Assembly: GCF_006345805.1 (NCBI RefSeq)
Contig: NC_043001.1
Coordinates: 57,226,001-57,290,000 of the forward strand
Reading direction: 5' to 3'
DNA: 64,000 nt
Origin: Octopus sinensis
Taxonomy: Eukaryota
The notes under the pieces were generated by a model that was given only the letters and a program-made list of their open reading frames with translations, was not told the DNA's origin and made no database searches. Positions 13,338-25,230 of this stretch are shown one piece after another. The position numbers and the translations under genes are program-made. Position 1 is the stretch's first letter. Each line of letters opens with the position of its first letter.

Positions 13338-13345
<8 letters not shown>
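13172..13345 (-). mobile_element. Hammerhead-bearing PLE-tail module (non-autonomous element, copy 1)
   Basis: Reverse complement ACATCGAAAA..TACCTTAGAAATGAGAACCCAGG..GACACCTGATGAAGACTGG..CAACCGTAACGTTGTGTT; homologous to 22001, 59957 and 60613. Confidence 0.85.
13227..13272 (-). ncRNA. Minimal type I hammerhead ribozyme motif, core mutated (GAAA>GTAA)
   Basis: GACAC-CTGATGA-stem II-GTAA-CGTT-GTGTT. Confidence 0.6.
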
Positions 13346-13419
<74 letters not shown>

Positions 13420-13420
<1 letters not shown>

Positions 13421-16400
13421 TATGTTTGACTTTTGCTTTATGTCTGTACAAGTTGGCTCCAAGTCTCACCCAGAGACCTCAAGAGACAACAGGTTGGAAG
13501 TTCTGTGCCATATATTTGGTTTTTTTTTGTTTTTTTTGTGTTGTACTAGTGAATGTCTAATACATAAAAATAAAAAAAAATAAAAAAAATAAAATAAAAT
13601 AAAATAAATAAATAAATAAATTTTTAAAAAGTTTGTTTTAAACCTTGGGATTACATAGAGAGTATTTTGCGTAGGATATGAACAGTTCCCATGAGCACTA
13701 TCCTGCAATTTCTGCCATTTTGGGGTTTCCTGGTATCTGATTTAGGTAGCAATTAGTCCCTTTCGCTATCATTCCCAGGGCACCTATGACAACAGGTATT
13801 GTTTTAGTCTTCAGCTTCCACATTTTGCTGATTTCTATTTCAAGATCTTTATATTTGCTCAGTTTTTGGTAGGTCTTGACAGATACGTTTATATCGATTG
13901 GGACAGTCATATCAATGAGGAGGCATGTTCTTTGTCTGAAGTCTTTCAATATGATGTCTGGCCTATTTGCATCTATCTTCCTCTCAGTTTGAATGGTGAA
14001 GTTCCAGAGGAGTGGGATGTGGTCATTTTCAAGCACTGGAGGTGGATTGTGTTCCCACCAGTTTTTTTCATGGGGCAAATCCAGGTTTTTGCAAATTACC
14101 CAGTGAATATATTGTGCAGCTCTATCATGCCTGTTGAGGTACTCTGTAGGCGCTAGAAGACTGCATTTGGAGACAACATGATCAATGGTTTCATTTTGTT
14201 GTCGGCATACACGACATGTTGGGCTACTGCCGTTCTTTAATATGTTGGCCTGGTAGTTTCTTGTTGGTAGGCATTGATCTTGAGCTGCTATGATAAACCC
14301 CTCTGTTTCAGATTTTAAGCCAGAGGCCATTAGCCATTGATGGGTCAGGCTTTGTCAATATCTGCATTATTCGCTCTCTTTGGGTATTTGCCATAGAGAG
14401 GTTTTTCTTGCCATTTATTATTCAGAATATCTAAGGCCGCAGTTTTGGCACGGGTTTCCATGCGCTTAGCTTTTTCTGTGCTTGTTTCTTGTATGTCTAT
14501 CTCTAATTCCGAAATTTGTTGTATTCGGAATTCACTTAGATATTCCTTTGCCTGTTTTGTGACTGGGTATGATGCTTTCTTGCTTTCATGTTTTGAGACA
14601 AGTTTTAACATCCAGTCCTCAGAGTTTTTCAGGTAGATGTCTAGGCCAATTGTAGCAATCTTCATTTTTATTGCCAGTTGTAAAAGACCACGGCCTCCCT
14701 CTTTTCTTGGCAGATAGAGTCGTTCTGTATCTGCCTTAGGGTGGTGCATTCTATGCATTGTGAACAGTTTCCTTATTTTTCTGTCGAGCTGACATATTTC
14801 AGTAATTGACCAGTTAACAATATTGAAACTGTAAGACACGACTGGTATAGCTAATGCATTGATCGCTTCGATCCTGTTTCTTGCATTCAGCTCTGTCTTG
14901 AGTATTGCTCTCACTCTTCGATAGCATTCTCTCCTGATCCTTTCCTTCATCTCTGAATGCCTTATTCCGTTCCCTTCAATTACCCCTAGGTACTTGTAGC
15001 TCTCCGCTGGGTCTAGTTATTTTATGACATTCTGCTGGTCAAGGTTAACGTTAGATGTTTCTGTCATTTTTCCTTTGATAGAGGTAGCTTTTGCACATTT
15101 ATCGAGGCCGAATTGCATTCTGATGTCGTCACTGAATTGTTTGACTATCGCTAGTAAGCCCTTGAGTTGTTGGTCATTTTTTTCTAAAAGCTTTAAATAA
15201 TCCATGTAAATGAGATGATTTATATTTTTATCAAACATTTTATACCCATACTGCGCATCATTGAGCAGCTTTGAGAGAGGTATTAAGGATAAACAAAAGA
15301 GGAGTGGTGACAGTGAGTCACCCTGGAAAATGCCACACCAAATTTTTACATCACCAGCATTTAGGGATTCATTGTCACTGTTCAGAGTTAGTGTGGTTCT
15401 CCATGATCTCATACTTACAGTCAAGAAGTTTCGCAGAGTAGGTGCTATCTTATACATTTCCAGGCATTTCCTAATCCAGCTATGTGGTAGGCTATCAAAA
15501 GCCTATCTATCCAGGCTATTGATAAGTTTTTGTGTCGTTTGTGACAATCTTCTAAGATCATCTTATTGATGAGTAGTTGGTCTTTACAGCCGTAGGATCC
15601 ACGTTTATATCCTTTCTGTTCATTAGGGAATATGCTGTTGTCTGTTAAAAAACTATAGGTATATTCCGTCAGGACAGATGTTAGCGTTTTGTACATAGTT
15701 GTTAAGCAGGTTATGGGTCTATAGTTTTTTGGTTCAGTTGTTTCTTCACTTTTTGGAAGCAGGAATGTTTAACCCATTAACTAGCCAAGGAGGCATCCTA
15801 CTAGGGTGTTGCAAAACATCATTGTACAGTTCTGTTAGCAGTTCATGGCTCTCTGGGAAGGCATTCAGCCAGAAGTTAGGAATTTTATCCTTTCCTGGAG
15901 ACTTCCATTTGCTTGACCTCCTGAGAGCAGATCTTATATCCTCTACCTTGACACTCTCCCACTTTTGCTCTTCTAAGGGGTCCAGTTCTGTAGATATTCT
16001 GTCAATCCAGGGAGCCTTTTCGTTGTGTGTTTTTTCTTCTGCCCAGATTTTATTCCAAAATCCCTGCACTTCTTCTTTTGATGGTACAGACCCTGCAGTA
16101 AACGCTGTTTTTCCTATCTTCCTGTAAAAATTCTTGGTGTTATTTTTGAACATGTTGTTGTCCTTCAAAAATCTAACACGCTTTTCATACCTTGCTATAC
16201 GGGCAGCTTTGGCAGTTACCTTTTGTTTCATGGTTTCTATGGTGGCATCAATATCAAGTATAGTTTTCATATTGTATTTTTTGAGTAATTTTTGGGTTTT
16301 TGTAGGTTTGGTAGTCTTGTGAGCCTTAAGGTTTTTCAAATATTTAATGTCAGATCTAAATATTTTAATTTGTTGTTGCAGACGCTCTTGCCAAGAACGC

Positions 16401-17400
16401 TTTTTGTGGGAATGTTGCCGTTTTCTAATCTTCACACCACATAGGATGGTTGAGATTTTCGCGGATGCATAGTATAGGTGGTTGAGGTTTGTGATATCAA
16501 CATCATTAGCTGAAATTATATCCTTAAGTGCAAGCCGGATTTTACCAATTATTTTCATGTTTTGGTTAGAGTTGCGGATTTTAGGAAGTGTATCACGTTA
16601 ATCCATGCTGGTTTCTTTAATTTTCAGCCATTCACTCATGATTTGATTTTTTAGCTCATGTAGTTCTGTTGGGTCAATATTTGTGTGGCTTTCTTTATCT
16701 ATTTGATGCTCATCTGTCTTAGTGTTTATGATTGGTTCAGGGAGTATTTCACTTTGCCTATCATTTATACTAACTCTTTCAATCCTCACTTCGTTTTTAT
16801 CAGCCCTGGGCTGGTCTATAATTATTTCCTCTTTATTATCTTCTCTAGCTGCAGCTTCGTTCATTTTATCCGATATTGCTTGTCTAACTTGATCAATCTC
16901 TATTTCAGTCAGTAATTTCTTTTTTATAATGTTTCTTCTGACGTTGGCAAGTTTGTTACTGTCTATGTAGGGTCTTACTTTAGGGTGTTTCTGTCTCCAG
17001 TTTAAGTATGCTTGTACAGTGTTAGATTTATCTGTGGGGAAATATATGGCATGGTAGAAGGCCGCAAGAACTTCTTTATTATCTTCCCTAGACCATTTTT
17101 CCTTCTTTTTCTTTTGATTATTTGGTGATGAGCATGGATGGCCATCTGTTGGAATATTCCGGTTGTGGGGTACGTCCAGCTCCTGTGTGTTGGGAAGATT
17201 TGATCCAGTAGCTGATTTTTCAATCAGAATTTGGTTCAATTTTCGGGTATGTGGTCTTTGGTTTGATTTGTTGGCCTTGAAGCATGACGAGCTTCCATTT
17301 TTATATTAGGAGATGGATCTGTCAGTTTAGGGTTCACTACATGTAAGCATTGCTCATAGCGCCGCTTCTTAAGACTAGCAGATCTATATTCGTCTGTATT
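13420..17400 (-). mobile_element. Near-full-length Dong/R4-clade RLE retrotransposon (family 1, copy A)
   Basis: Six consecutive ORF-track pieces: N-terminal KWSREDNKE...KLANVRRNI, WKSPGKD, YRPITCL, QGDSLSPLLF, YMDY (for YMDD), GGRGL, CCHC knuckle and RPDII..IDMT RLE motif; 3'UTR and (TAA)n tail at 13345-13420. Confidence 0.95.
13698..17239 (-). pseudogene. Disrupted single ORF (DNA-binding N-terminus, RT, CCHC, RLE) of the Dong/R4 element
   Basis: Collinear fragments separated by a few in-frame TAA stops and small indels. Confidence 0.9.
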
Positions 17401-18074
17401 TTTTTTTGTTGATAGTTTTATCTCCGAACATTTTTTTCCCTCTTCCTTTCTCCAAGGCTCACTCTGCCTGTATTAGTTCGAAATAATGAGAATAAAATAC
17501 GGAGAAGGAAACGAAAAGAAAGGGAAAAAGACGGGATCTGCCAGTTATTATTGTTATTACTATCACCTTCACCACCATCACCATCATCATCAACATCACC
17601 ATCACCATCATCAGCAACATCACCATCACCATCATCATCATCCATGACATTGTTTTATGTGTAGCCACAGCCACTATCAACACTCCTACTGTCATTGTGT
17701 GGGAGAATGGTTGGTTAAAGAATTCATGTTCTTTGGGTCTATAAATAGATTCGGCCGATGGTGGAGACAAAGGACGTTAATGGCCAGTAAAAGGTCAAGC
17801 CTGTTTACATTTATTTATCTTATTTTATTTATTTATTTTTTCTTTCTCTTTTCTTCCTCTCCACAAACATATGTATATGTATATGTATACTCACTCACAC
17901 ATATTATCTGATGTTTACGTCGATGATTTTTTTTTAATAAAAAACTTTCTGAGTTCAATGTTATGCATATATTTTTTAATTTTCTGAATTTAGTTGTATG
18001 TATATATTAGTAGGTGCTTAATTCCATAACTTTTTTATCGTGCATTTAATTGTGTTGTTACAATAAAAGGTAAT

Positions 18075-18120
18075 TATTATTATTATTATTAAAAGGTTAT
18101 TATTATTATTACAATAAAAG

Positions 18121-18179
<59 letters not shown>

Positions 18180-18240
18180 CATTATTATTATTATTATTAA
18201 TATTATTATTATTATTATTATCATCATCATCATCATCATC

Positions 18241-18278
<38 letters not shown>

Positions 18279-18348
18279 TATTATTATTATTATTATTGTT
18301 ATTATTATTATTATTATCATCATCATCATCATTATCATTATTATTATT
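18075..18348. repeat. (ATT)n/(CAT)n microsatellite (tail of the adjacent minus-strand element)
   Basis: Directly visible. Confidence 0.95.
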
Positions 18349-18902
18349 GAGTGAGAGAGCAGTGCATGCCATCAAAGTGACACTGGGGTAAAATATACGA
18401 AGCCCAGTATACCCATCATGACTATCCGTCTGATAAGAGCACACTAGGCACATGCATCACAACAATATGTGCGCGACATAGTGATCCCATATAAAGATAA
18501 ATACCACATGACCTTGCAGGTGGGGCCCAGTTAGAATTTTCCTCTGGTCGAGTAAACCATCCCGCTCAAAAGGTCCCTGAATAAGAGTTGTTTAAGGATA
18601 TTGAACGAAACACCTATGTTTCCAGATGTGAATTATTCACGCCCCAAAGAATCCCTCTCAACACATGGCTATGATACTCTCCCACTACTTCTGCTGGTGA
18701 TCAGAAATGCACATATCGTCAGCCACTAAGGGATATGCTCAACTGGTTAAGGTCAAACAACTGACAAGCAAATCTGTGGTTTGAGCAGAATATTTGCTGT
18801 AACTCATCTTTTATACCAAGACAAAACAATGTACATGATAATACTTCCAACCAGTTAAGATCAGAAGCCACGAGAACCACTGCCTGGTACTGCATCAGGG
18901 CA
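18349..18902 (-). mobile_element. About 555-bp non-coding (TAA)n-tailed interspersed element
   Basis: No ORF; ends ...CACTGCTCTCTCACTC(AAT)n. Its 5' part has a diverged homologue at 39908-40080. Confidence 0.6.
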
Positions 18903-18910
18903 ATGTAACC

Positions 18911-18990
18911 ACAGGCATATGGTGTAGTGGTTAAGAGCGCTGGCTACTAACCTCAAGATTCCGAGTTCGATTCCAGCCAGCAACCTGAAT
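18911..18990 (+). mobile_element. tRNA-like SINE head (family C), followed by (AAT)n
   Basis: A box TGGTGTAGTGG and B box GAGTTCGATTCC; same sequence as 60222-60298. Cloverleaf imperfect, so not called a tRNA gene. Confidence 0.8.
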
Positions 18991-19035
18991 AAAAAAAATA
19001 TTAAAAAAAAAAAATAAATAATAATAATAATAAAG

Positions 19036-19100
<65 letters not shown>

Positions 19101-19102
<2 letters not shown>

Positions 19103-19959
19103 GCCATCCCCATTAATGAAAACCAAAGCCATCCCCATTAGATGAAAACCAAAGCCATCCCCATTAGAAGAGGAATATTCCAGGGATATACGCTCTCTCC
19201 ACTCCTTTTCTGCTTGGCACTGTCACCTCTATCGGATATGCTAAACAGAACTGGATGCGGATATAAATGTTACGGCAAAAAGATCAGCCACCTTTTATAT
19301 ATGGATGACCTAAAACTATACGCTGCAAATGACAAACAGCTGGAAACACTATTAAAGACAGTTCATGGATTTACCAAAGAAAGAGATATGAAATTTGGAT
19401 TAGAGAAAAGAGGAAAGCTAATTAAGAGTAGCATCATCACACTAGATAAAACCAATGAAATAAAAGAATTAGACCAAAGCCAAAGCCAAACTAGAACTAG
19501 ATAAGACACAACACACACAAATGAAAGAGAAAATGAAAAAAAGAATATTATAGACGAGTTAGGTCAATACTGAAAACAGAGCTCAATGCTAAAAACAAGA
19601 TAATATGTATCAACACTTTAGCCGTCCCAGTTATAAGTTACAGCTACAATATCCTTAACTGGACACTAAATGAACTGTCCAAAATAGATAGGAAAACAAG
19701 AAAAATAATGACAGGATCTAGGATGCATCACCCAAAATCTGACATGGAAAGGATATATATACAACGTATAGATGGTGGTAGAGGCCTTATACAGCTGGAA
19801 AACTACTATAAAATAACCACCATAGGACTGCAAAAATATCTACTTCAGAAGGAAGGAAAACTGATACAAATAGCAGCAAGACACGAGCAAAACAAAAAAC
19901 TGTTCTCAGTATTTAAGGAAGCTGACAAATACAAACAAGAAATCATACCACCTAACAAA

Positions 19960-19990
<31 letters not shown>

Positions 19991-21058
19991 AAGAAGAGAA
20001 GAAGAAGAAGAAGAAGAAGAAGAAGAAGAAGAAGAAGAAGAAGAAGAAGAAGAAGAAGAAGAAGAAGAAGAAGAAGAAGAAGAAGAAGAAGAAGAAGAAG
20101 AAGAAGAAGAAGAAACAACAAAAGCTATTTTAACAAATGAAATCCAAACTAAAAATAGAACAGCAACGAACCATGATAAAGCGATGGCAAGAAAAGCCCC
20201 TTCATGGCAAATACTGGACTAAACTAAATGCAAAAGAAATAGACAAAGAAAAATCCCAACAATGGTTGAGAAGCTCAGGACTCAAAGCAGAGACAGAAGG
20301 ATTTTTAATTGCAGCACAAGACCAAAGCCTCCCCACCAGAAATTACCAAAAACATGTAATGAAAAGAAACATAACAAGTAACTGCAGAATATGTAGAGAT
20401 GGACAAGAAACAATAAATCATATTATCTCTGGCTGCCCAGTCCTGGCTAAGAAGGAATATATTCACAGACACGACAGAGTTGGGACCTATATACACTGGA
20501 AACTATGCCAACATTATGGAATAGCATCAGAAAAAAGATGGTATAGGCATACACCAGAAAAGGTCTCAGAAAACGAGAAAGCAACCATACTCTGGGATAT
20601 GCCGATACACACAGATAGAGAAATTAAGGCCAACAGACCAGATATAGTTGTCAGAGATCATGAAGAAAAAAATGTTTTCTAATTGATGTATCAATACCAG
20701 AGCATGACAACGTGTCTCTAAAAGAAACGGAGAAACTTTCAAAATACAAAAACCTGGAAATAGATGTAACCAAAATGTGGAATCTAAAAGCAGAAACAAT
20801 TCCTATCATAATAGGTGCATTAGGCATGATAAAAAAATATTCAGACAAATACATAACAAAATTACCAGGACTTACAAACACATAACATACAGAAAATTGC
20901 ACTACTAGGCACTGCACACATCCTACGCGGAGCAGCTTCCATACATTAACCATCAGAGCATCACAACAAATCACAGCACATACCCAAGGCACACAGAGCT
21001 GCGCTCGGTAGTGAAGTGAAAGCACGATATAAAAAATATACTACTGAATAATAATAAT
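19101..21058 (+). mobile_element. 5'-truncated Dong/R4-clade element (family 2)
   Basis: IRRGIFQGYTLSPLLF, YMDDLKLY, GGRGL, EKPLHGKY, CCHC CRICRDGQETINHIISGC, RPDIVV..IDVSIP; 3'UTR and short (TAA)n. Confidence 0.93.
19962..20115. repeat. (GAA)n expansion inside the Dong ORF
   Basis: Directly visible between PPNK* and TTKAI..MKSKLK. Confidence 0.95.
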
Positions 21059-21060
21059 AG

Positions 21061-21945
21061 CCCTGTCCCATCAATGGCTAATGGCCTCTGGTTTAAAATC
21101 TGAAACAGAAGGGTTTATCATAGCATCACAAGATCAATGCCTACCTACAAGGAACCAGAAGGCCAACATATTAAAGAACGGCAGTAGCCCATCATGTCGT
21201 GTATGTCAATAACAACATTAAACCATTGATCATGTTTTCTCCAAGAGCAGTCTTCTTGCGCCTATAGAGTATCTCAACTGGCATGGTAGTGCTGCACAAT
21301 ATATTCACTGGGTAATTTGCAAAAGCTTGGATTTGCCCCATGATAAAAACTGGTGGGAACACAAACCACCTCCAATGCTTGAAAATGACCTCATCTCACT
21401 CCTCTGGAGCTTCACCATTCAAACTGACAGAAAAATAGATGCGAATAGGCCAGACATCATAGTAAAAGACTTCCGACAAAGAACATGCCTCCTAATTGAT
21501 ATGACTGTCCCAATCGATATAAACTTATCTGTCAAGACCTGCCACAAACTAAGCAAATATAAAGATCTTGAAATAGAAATCTGCAAAATGTGGAACCTAA
21601 AGACTAAAACAATACCTGTTGTCATAGGTGCCCTGGGAATGATAGCGAAAGGGGCTGATTGCTACCTAACACTGATACCAGGAAACCCCAAAATGGCAGA
21701 AATTGCAGGATAGTGCTCATGGGAAATGCTGATATCCTACGCAAAATACTTTCTATGTAATGTCAAGTTTTAAAACAAACCTAATTTGGTATGGTTTTTT
21801 AGACATTCACTAGTACAATACTAATTACAAAACCAAATATATGGCACCCTAGGCATAACTCCAACATGAACCTCCAACTTGTTGTCTCTTGAGGTCTCTG
21901 GGAGAGACTTGGAGCCAACTCGTACAAAAGTAAAGCAAAAGTCAA

Positions 21946-22000
<55 letters not shown>
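21061..22000 (+). mobile_element. 5'-truncated Dong/R4 family 1 (copy B) with (TAA)n tail
   Basis: Begins at HQWLMASGLKSETEG; clearly the same family as 13420-14350 on the opposite strand. Confidence 0.93.
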
Positions 22001-22004
<4 letters not shown>

Positions 22005-22181
22005 TCGAAAAATACCTTAGGAATGAGAACCCAGGATCGAAATTTCCCCAAGCCACCTGATGAAGGCTGAAGGGTATATCAGTCGAAACGTTGTGTTAAC
22101 AAACAAGATGAGGACAAATATCTGTCAAATGTAAATAATGGAAATAACGTACATAATTCCTCATTTCTTAAATATAGAACT
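22001..22181 (+). mobile_element. Hammerhead-bearing PLE-tail module (copy 2)
   Basis: ATCGAAAAATACCTTAGGAATGAGAACCCAGG...CCTGATGAAGGCTG...CGAAACGTTGTGTTAAC...AAATATAGAACT. Confidence 0.88.
22052..22097 (+). ncRNA. Minimal type I hammerhead ribozyme motif (core intact)
   Basis: GCCAC-CTGATGA-A-GGCTG(loop)CAGTC-GAAA-CGTT-GTGTT; palindromic ACGT stem III; predicted cleavage after 22092. Confidence 0.7.
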
Positions 22182-22563
22182 ATATTATTAATGATCATCA
22201 TCTGATGGGAGATGAGTCGCAAATTCAGACGACTATATCTGTTGTTCACCTAGTTGATCGGTCAAATACATACTCATCGTAAATCTTCTCGATCAGAGCA
22301 AACATGGGGCTACACAGAGACAATGGAAATATAGCATTCCCCATTTTTAATAGTTTGTAATAGTCAGTAATAGTCGTTATGACTACATTTTCTATACTCT
22401 TAAATGGAATTTGTACAGGAATGTATTTGTGAATATTTGAAAAGCACTTGCAACTAGGAATATTGAGAGAGAAGAGGAAGAATGAGGAGCATGGTTGTTA
22501 TGTTCAGATACACATGCGCGCGTACACAAACGCACTCACACATATAAGCACACATACATACAA

Positions 22564-22653
<90 letters not shown>

Positions 22654-23247
22654 GTTTGCATAGAACGGCCTTGCAGCATACTTCTTCCTCTTCTACCCCA
22701 ATATTTCTACATGCAAGTAATTTCATATGCGCACAAATACACACACAATGCACGTACATACACACAAAAATACATTTCATATCTTCTTTCAAAATCTTCC
22801 ATTTCTTGTGGAGAGGTCAAGGAAATAACTGCTTTTATTTTTAACACATGAATCATTTTTGTTGAACAAGTTTTAATTCCCACAATATTTACAGATACAT
22901 GAGGTTTTTGATTGGATGAAATAGCTATCCAATCGAAAACCTAGGTTTTAAATTACTTCATAAACTCATCTGAAGCAAAGAATTATTAGGCTTTGTAAAA
23001 TGTTGTTTGCGAGATTTCGCTAATCAGCTATTCCAGCATCCACAAGTACCACTCAATATATGCTCTTCCAAATTGGCAATAGAAAAATTTCATGGATACA
23101 AACAACCATCATATATTGTTCTAAGTTTCTGCAATGGCAGCTACTTCAGTTTCTAGATTTTCAGAAGTAGCTTTCTTGTGTGTTCGTTTATATGCATAAG
23201 GTCATATTAACGTCGCCGATCTAAGATTTGCATACACTGTAAAACGC

Positions 23248-23295
<48 letters not shown>

Positions 23296-23469
23296 ACATA
23301 CATATATACATATATGCACACACGCATATGCATGCCCATATGTTGTGTGCGTGCGTGTTGTCTGTGAAAGTTGTATTTGTGTATTTTGCGTACATGTATA
23401 TATGTATTTCTATACATGTTTACATACCAATAGAAGTATTGCTAAAATACATTTTACTAGTATACTCCT

Positions 23470-23538
23470 TCCCCTCCTCCTCCTCCTCCTCCACCACATC
23501 CTCCGCCTCCTCCTCCAACACCTCCTCCTCCTCCTCCC

Positions 23539-23631
<93 letters not shown>

Positions 23632-23790
23632 ATAATAATAATAATAATAATAGCAACAACGACAGTAATGATGGTAGCAACATTAGCAAGAAGAACAACA
23701 GCAAGAACTAACTAGTAATTATCAACTACACCATTTTTCCTCAGCAGCAGCAGCAGCAGCCGCAGCAGCAGCAGCGTCAACAGCATCATC
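23470..23790. repeat. (CCT)n-(ACT)n-(AAT)n-(CAG)n microsatellites
   Basis: Directly visible. Confidence 0.93.
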
Positions 23791-23949
23791 GCAGTAACGT
23801 TTTTATCATCATTACTTTGCTTTAGTTTATAGTTATATGTTGGAAGGAAATGTATTCAAAATATAGCCAGAAAAAGAGTGAGTAAATATACGTACATGGA
23901 CATATATAGTGTGTGTGTGTCACTGTATACTTTCTTGTACTCTTCTTTT

Positions 23950-24920
23950 CAACTATAGTCGATGATGAAATTGTATAATATGAATGTGATTGTTGACAAA
24001 TCTTCTGGAGCCCCGAAATTTTATAGAACTATATGCCCCGATGTATATAGAAAAAGCAGTGTTGTCGATGCAAGGTGTAAGGAGAGAACCACTAATGAAG
24101 AGAGAGGCATGAATGGAAGATTGTATTACAGCTCTTGGGTTATGTTTTCCATACGGGGAAATTTTTATCAAATCGACCTCATTTGTGGGAAATGCTGGTA
24201 CGTATATCGTTTGAGAAAAGTTGTAGAAGTTGTGAGAGAACCACCACATTTGTTAGCACTTTGTGAGTAAAGTATTAGATATTTTAATGATTGAACAATC
24301 ACTAGTGAGACCTGAAGCATTCCCTGACCATGGGCAATAATTTTAAACTTGGAGACGCAGTTTGACAATATCGAATATGTTACACAATTTGGCAGTATCG
24401 TTACGTAAATATGGGTGACCATCAGAGACTGCCAGTCGTAATACTTCAATCAGATATATAATATATAATAATTAATTGCTCTAATTGGGTATTGTTTAAT
24501 GCGTATGAAGTATAATTCCCTTTCGCTGATTGCAGATTTTTATTGTTTAAAGGATTTTAGATTATAATATCCACAATTTGGGATGCATTTGAAGGATATT
24601 GCTATAGAGTATGCTTGTCTGCCGTCTAGTGTCAACATTACAAAAAGACGAAGCTTCTGTGCTGAAAATAGAGGAAGGAAGAACAATATCATATCCTTAA
24701 TGTCTTGTATTGTTTAAAGTTAATAAATGTACAATAGACAGATTGCGAAAATGACAAGCAAATGTCATTAAACCTTGAGTTTGGGACTATTTAGCCAGAA
24801 ACAAGCACCTTGAGACCTGACACGTAAGCAGCTAATTGTAAAAGGTGTTTTCATCAATTCAGACATATTTGACGTACTGTTCATGTTACAAGCATCGTAG
24901 GAGCGAGTAAACGGTCAATT
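23950..24920 (+). mobile_element. Decayed RTE-like LINE remnant (tentative)
   Basis: GNFYQIDLIC resembles the APE QIDYI motif; VLKIEEGRTI...VWDYLARNKHLE resembles the RTE C-terminus. Confidence 0.35.
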
Positions 24921-25047
24921 TTTCCTTTAGCATAGAAACATTTTCAACGGCATTCTGATGTGAACTACCGGTTTTTATTTTTCCATGGAACGTGAGACAC
25001 ATTGAACATTGTTTTTAATGCAACTGCTGTCATTATTAAATGAAAGA

Positions 25048-25230
25048 AAGGCGGGGAGCTGGCAGAATCGTTAGCAGGTCGGGCAAAATGCTTAGTGGCG
25101 CTTCGTCCTCCGTCTTTACGTTCTGAGTTCAAATTCCGCTGAGGTCGACTTTGCCTCTCCTCCAGTGAAACACTATGGTCGATGTAATTGATTAGTTCCT
25201 TCCCCCAATGTTTAGTAGAAAGGATTACTA
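25048..25230 (+). mobile_element. SINE family A
   Basis: AAGGCGGGGAGCTGGCAGAATCGTTAGC...GTTCTGAGTTCAAATTCCGCTGAGGTCGACTTTGCC. Confidence 0.85.

Noticed and set aside
18911-18990. Possible tRNA gene (also 60222-60298)
   Set aside because: Acceptor and anticodon stems do not pair properly, and it is followed by a microsatellite and repeat tail; treated as a SINE head.
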